Shown piece after piece: positions 61,391-64,000 of a DNA stretch of 64,000 bases. Both the position numbers and the translations under genes were made by a program. The notes under the pieces are model-generated. The model made no database searches. It saw only the letters and a program-made list of their open reading frames with translations, and was not told the origin of the DNA. The DNA is from the human T2T-CHM13v2.0 reference genome, Homo sapiens. The number at the start of each line of letters is the position of its first letter. Within the stretch, counting starts at the first letter, position 1. The stretch is from the NCBI RefSeq assembly GCF_009914755.1, contig NC_060927.1; one strand, given 5' to 3'.

Positions 61391-61563
61391 ACACGTTATC
61401 TCATTTATTCTATATATATCATTATACTAAGTTAGATATTTCTCCATTTTATTTATATGCCAATTGTCATTTTGAGTTTACACATTATCTCATTTATTCT
61501 ATATACCATTTTTCTAAGTTAGATATTTCTCCATTTTATTTATATGCCAGTTGTCATTTTGAG
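61391..61563. repeat. Two-copy ~89-bp tandem duplication within a MIR-like remnant
   Basis: acac(g/a)ttatctcatttattctatata...ctaagttagatatttctccattttatttatatgcca(a/g)ttgtcattttgag at 61391-61476 and 61480-61563. Confidence 0.92.
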
Positions 61564-61939
61564 AGAATAAATGGTTTACCTGTGCGCTGTTTAGATGTGA
61601 ATGACCTGGAATTTGAACTCAGCTCTATAAGGCTTGAGCTTAGTTTCTGATTGGCTTACATGTGTATGTTCATTTATCAGCTACCTTCAATTATATAATG
61701 TCTTTTTATGTGATTTACACTTACATTTTATATCTCTAAAGGTTTGTAGGGTAGAAATGCCATCCTTCATAACTAAATAAATAGAATGTTCTTCTGCCAG
61801 GTATTGCTTGATGATCCTGAACTAAAATTTTAAAAGATATGAATGGTGATACTGAACTAAAATGTTAAAAAATATAAATTGCCCAGATCTCTAAATAGCT
61901 ATGTGACCATAAGTAAGTCATATTTATGTTTTCTCACTC

Positions 61940-62170
61940 TCCAGATACTATTCTAAGTGCTTTATTTATATTAGCTCATTTCCCTCCCTCACAGCAACCT
62001 GTAAGACATTATACTATTAGCGATGCAATTTTATGATTGAGAAAACTGAGGGACAGAGCAGCTAAATGACTTGCCCAAGGCACACAATTTGTTGATGCCG
62101 TTGTCAGGATGTGAACCTAGGCAGAATGGCTCCAGGGTCCATGTTTCCAGCCACAATGCAATGCTGCCTC
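61940..62170 (-). mobile_element. MIR
   Basis: gagaaaactgagggacagagcagctaaatgacttgcccaagg. Confidence 0.8.
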
Positions 62171-64000
62171 TTAGGTGTACTAAGTAATTATTTGACAAAC
62201 TTTTATTAAATACCTACTGGATTGATGTTGTCAGGTGCAGGGAACACAGTAAAAAAATAACTGGCTTCGCCTCAGTGGGGCTCATGATTTTCTAGATACA
62301 TGATACTAAAATCATGCTTCATGGAACGCCACCGGCAGCAGGACCTGGGAGCTTCTTAGAAATGAACACTCTATAGGGTCTCACCTGAGACCTACTGAAT
62401 CTTACGCACATTAAAAATGGAGAAGAGCCGATTCAGGCTACTAGGACCCTAGGCTGTAGATTGCAGCTCTTTGTTCGTTTCTTTCTCTGGATTTTAGTTT
62501 CTTCACCTGTAAAAAGAAGGGGGAGTTCCTAGATAATATCTGGAGTTAAGTTCACCTCTAATCCTCCTTACGGGTATCCTCTAGGTCACATTGCAGAAAA
62601 CAGCAAAGTGGAAGTGACTGAGACGATGGATGCCCATAAACTTTTGCCCAGGTGTGTGGGCTCTTGTGTGTATGATAGAGTGAGTGCCATTTGCAATAAA
62701 GATCAAACACATTGGTGCTGGGTTTCTTTGTTTTTCCTTGTTTCTGTACGCGGCTGAAAAGATTAGATTGTGTCCCAGCAAGCTAGATATTGCCTCCAGA
62801 CACTTTATACGGCTTCTGTATTTATTTAGAGAGCAGGAAGCCTAGCCCAGCTTCTGCTGTATGAGGCAGTGACGGGAGAATTTAAAAGGGCTGTTTCATT
62901 AATTTTGGAGGGAATTTATTGCGGACAAAATACTGCATTATTGATGGTTGGAAGGCAGCACTTGCCTTGTCTCTGAGGAGCTGCGTGGGAGTGCCGCCCC
63001 CGCTTGCCTGCAGCCTCCTTGGAGCTGCTGCTGCAGCCGAGGGAAACCCTTCCCAGGCGAGGAGGGAGTCATTCTGGCACAGCGCCTGCCTGCCTGCCCG
63101 GGGTGCCGAGCTGTGATGGCAGAGCCTCTTTCTGACTGTATCGCTGCAATCTCTGAACAGGAAGGACACTTAAGAGGTCACACAGCTCCGTCTCGGCAGT
63201 TCACAGATGGGGTCCTCGACATCCACAAAGGGCAAGAGATTTACTCACATATAATGGCAGAAATCAGGTAGAAATCAGGTACAGCTGCATAGCTTCATTG
63301 CTCCTGTTTATTTTTTTTGCGGAATTAAAACTCTTTTCTAAATGACAGTGGCAGGATGTGCGTGGGCAGTTTTCTATGTGTTCTTTGCACAGCACCGAAC
63401 TTTGTTTCTCAAATAATGACAATAACATTATAGTTTTACAGACTTTAAATGATGTAAAAAGGAATTAATCTCTCATACATTCCTTGGAAAGATGAGGCGT
63501 TAATGGTTTCCAGCCATTTGCAACGGGTCAGGTCTGGGATAGATTTTTTAGACCTCATCGTCTTTGATGCCAACACCAATTTCGTGAGGTGGGTGTTATA
63601 ATCCTCATTTGTAGAGGCCCAATACAATTAAAAAGCTTGTTCAAGGTCTCAGAGAATGTAAGCAGCAGAGGTGAATTTTTTTTTAGCCATCTTATTAACT
63701 TTTGGAAGTTCAGTTCTAGGTTTACACAATATGCTTTTGTGAAAGGTTCCAAGCTGGGTTTTTGAAGGTGGGAGAAAGGACCTTTCTGTTAGCAATGGAG
63801 GAGAGAGTGGTGACTGCTATGAAACCAAGAGATGACAATAATGTCTATGAACTAGATGAGCTTTGGAAACACAGAATTTCAGGGACCTTGAAACTCAGGC
63901 TAGAATGAAGAGTGTGGGAGATGAAAGGAATAGGCCTAGGCTATGTGAATATTAAGATAAGCAATTGCCTTAGTTCCCACTTTCCTTTGCCAGAACAGAA

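Overview
Primate, almost certainly human, AT-rich genomic DNA dominated by interspersed repeats: L1s of several ages, Alus, MIR/L2, THE1 and MER41 LTR elements, and Tigger/hAT DNA transposons. The only credible protein-coding gene is PYDC2 (POP2), an intronless 97-aa pyrin-only retrogene at 24290-24583 (+). It was inserted into an old L1MB element and still has a recognisable target-site duplication (TSD) and polyA signal. The other listed ORFs are mostly translations of repeats or microsatellites. The most interesting signals are: (i) a MER41B-type LTR ~11.8 kb upstream of PYDC2 with both tandem GAS/STAT1 motifs intact, which itself looks like an L1-retroposed, polyadenylated ERV transcript; (ii) the structure of the PYDC2 retrocopy, with an NLRP2-like PYD fused to NLRP2-like 3'UTR and a TATA box in the flanking L1; (iii) several multi-layer nested insertions and templated inverted duplications that can be ordered from their TSDs. 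Repeat subfamily names come from recalled consensus features, not a database search, and boundaries of old elements are approximate.
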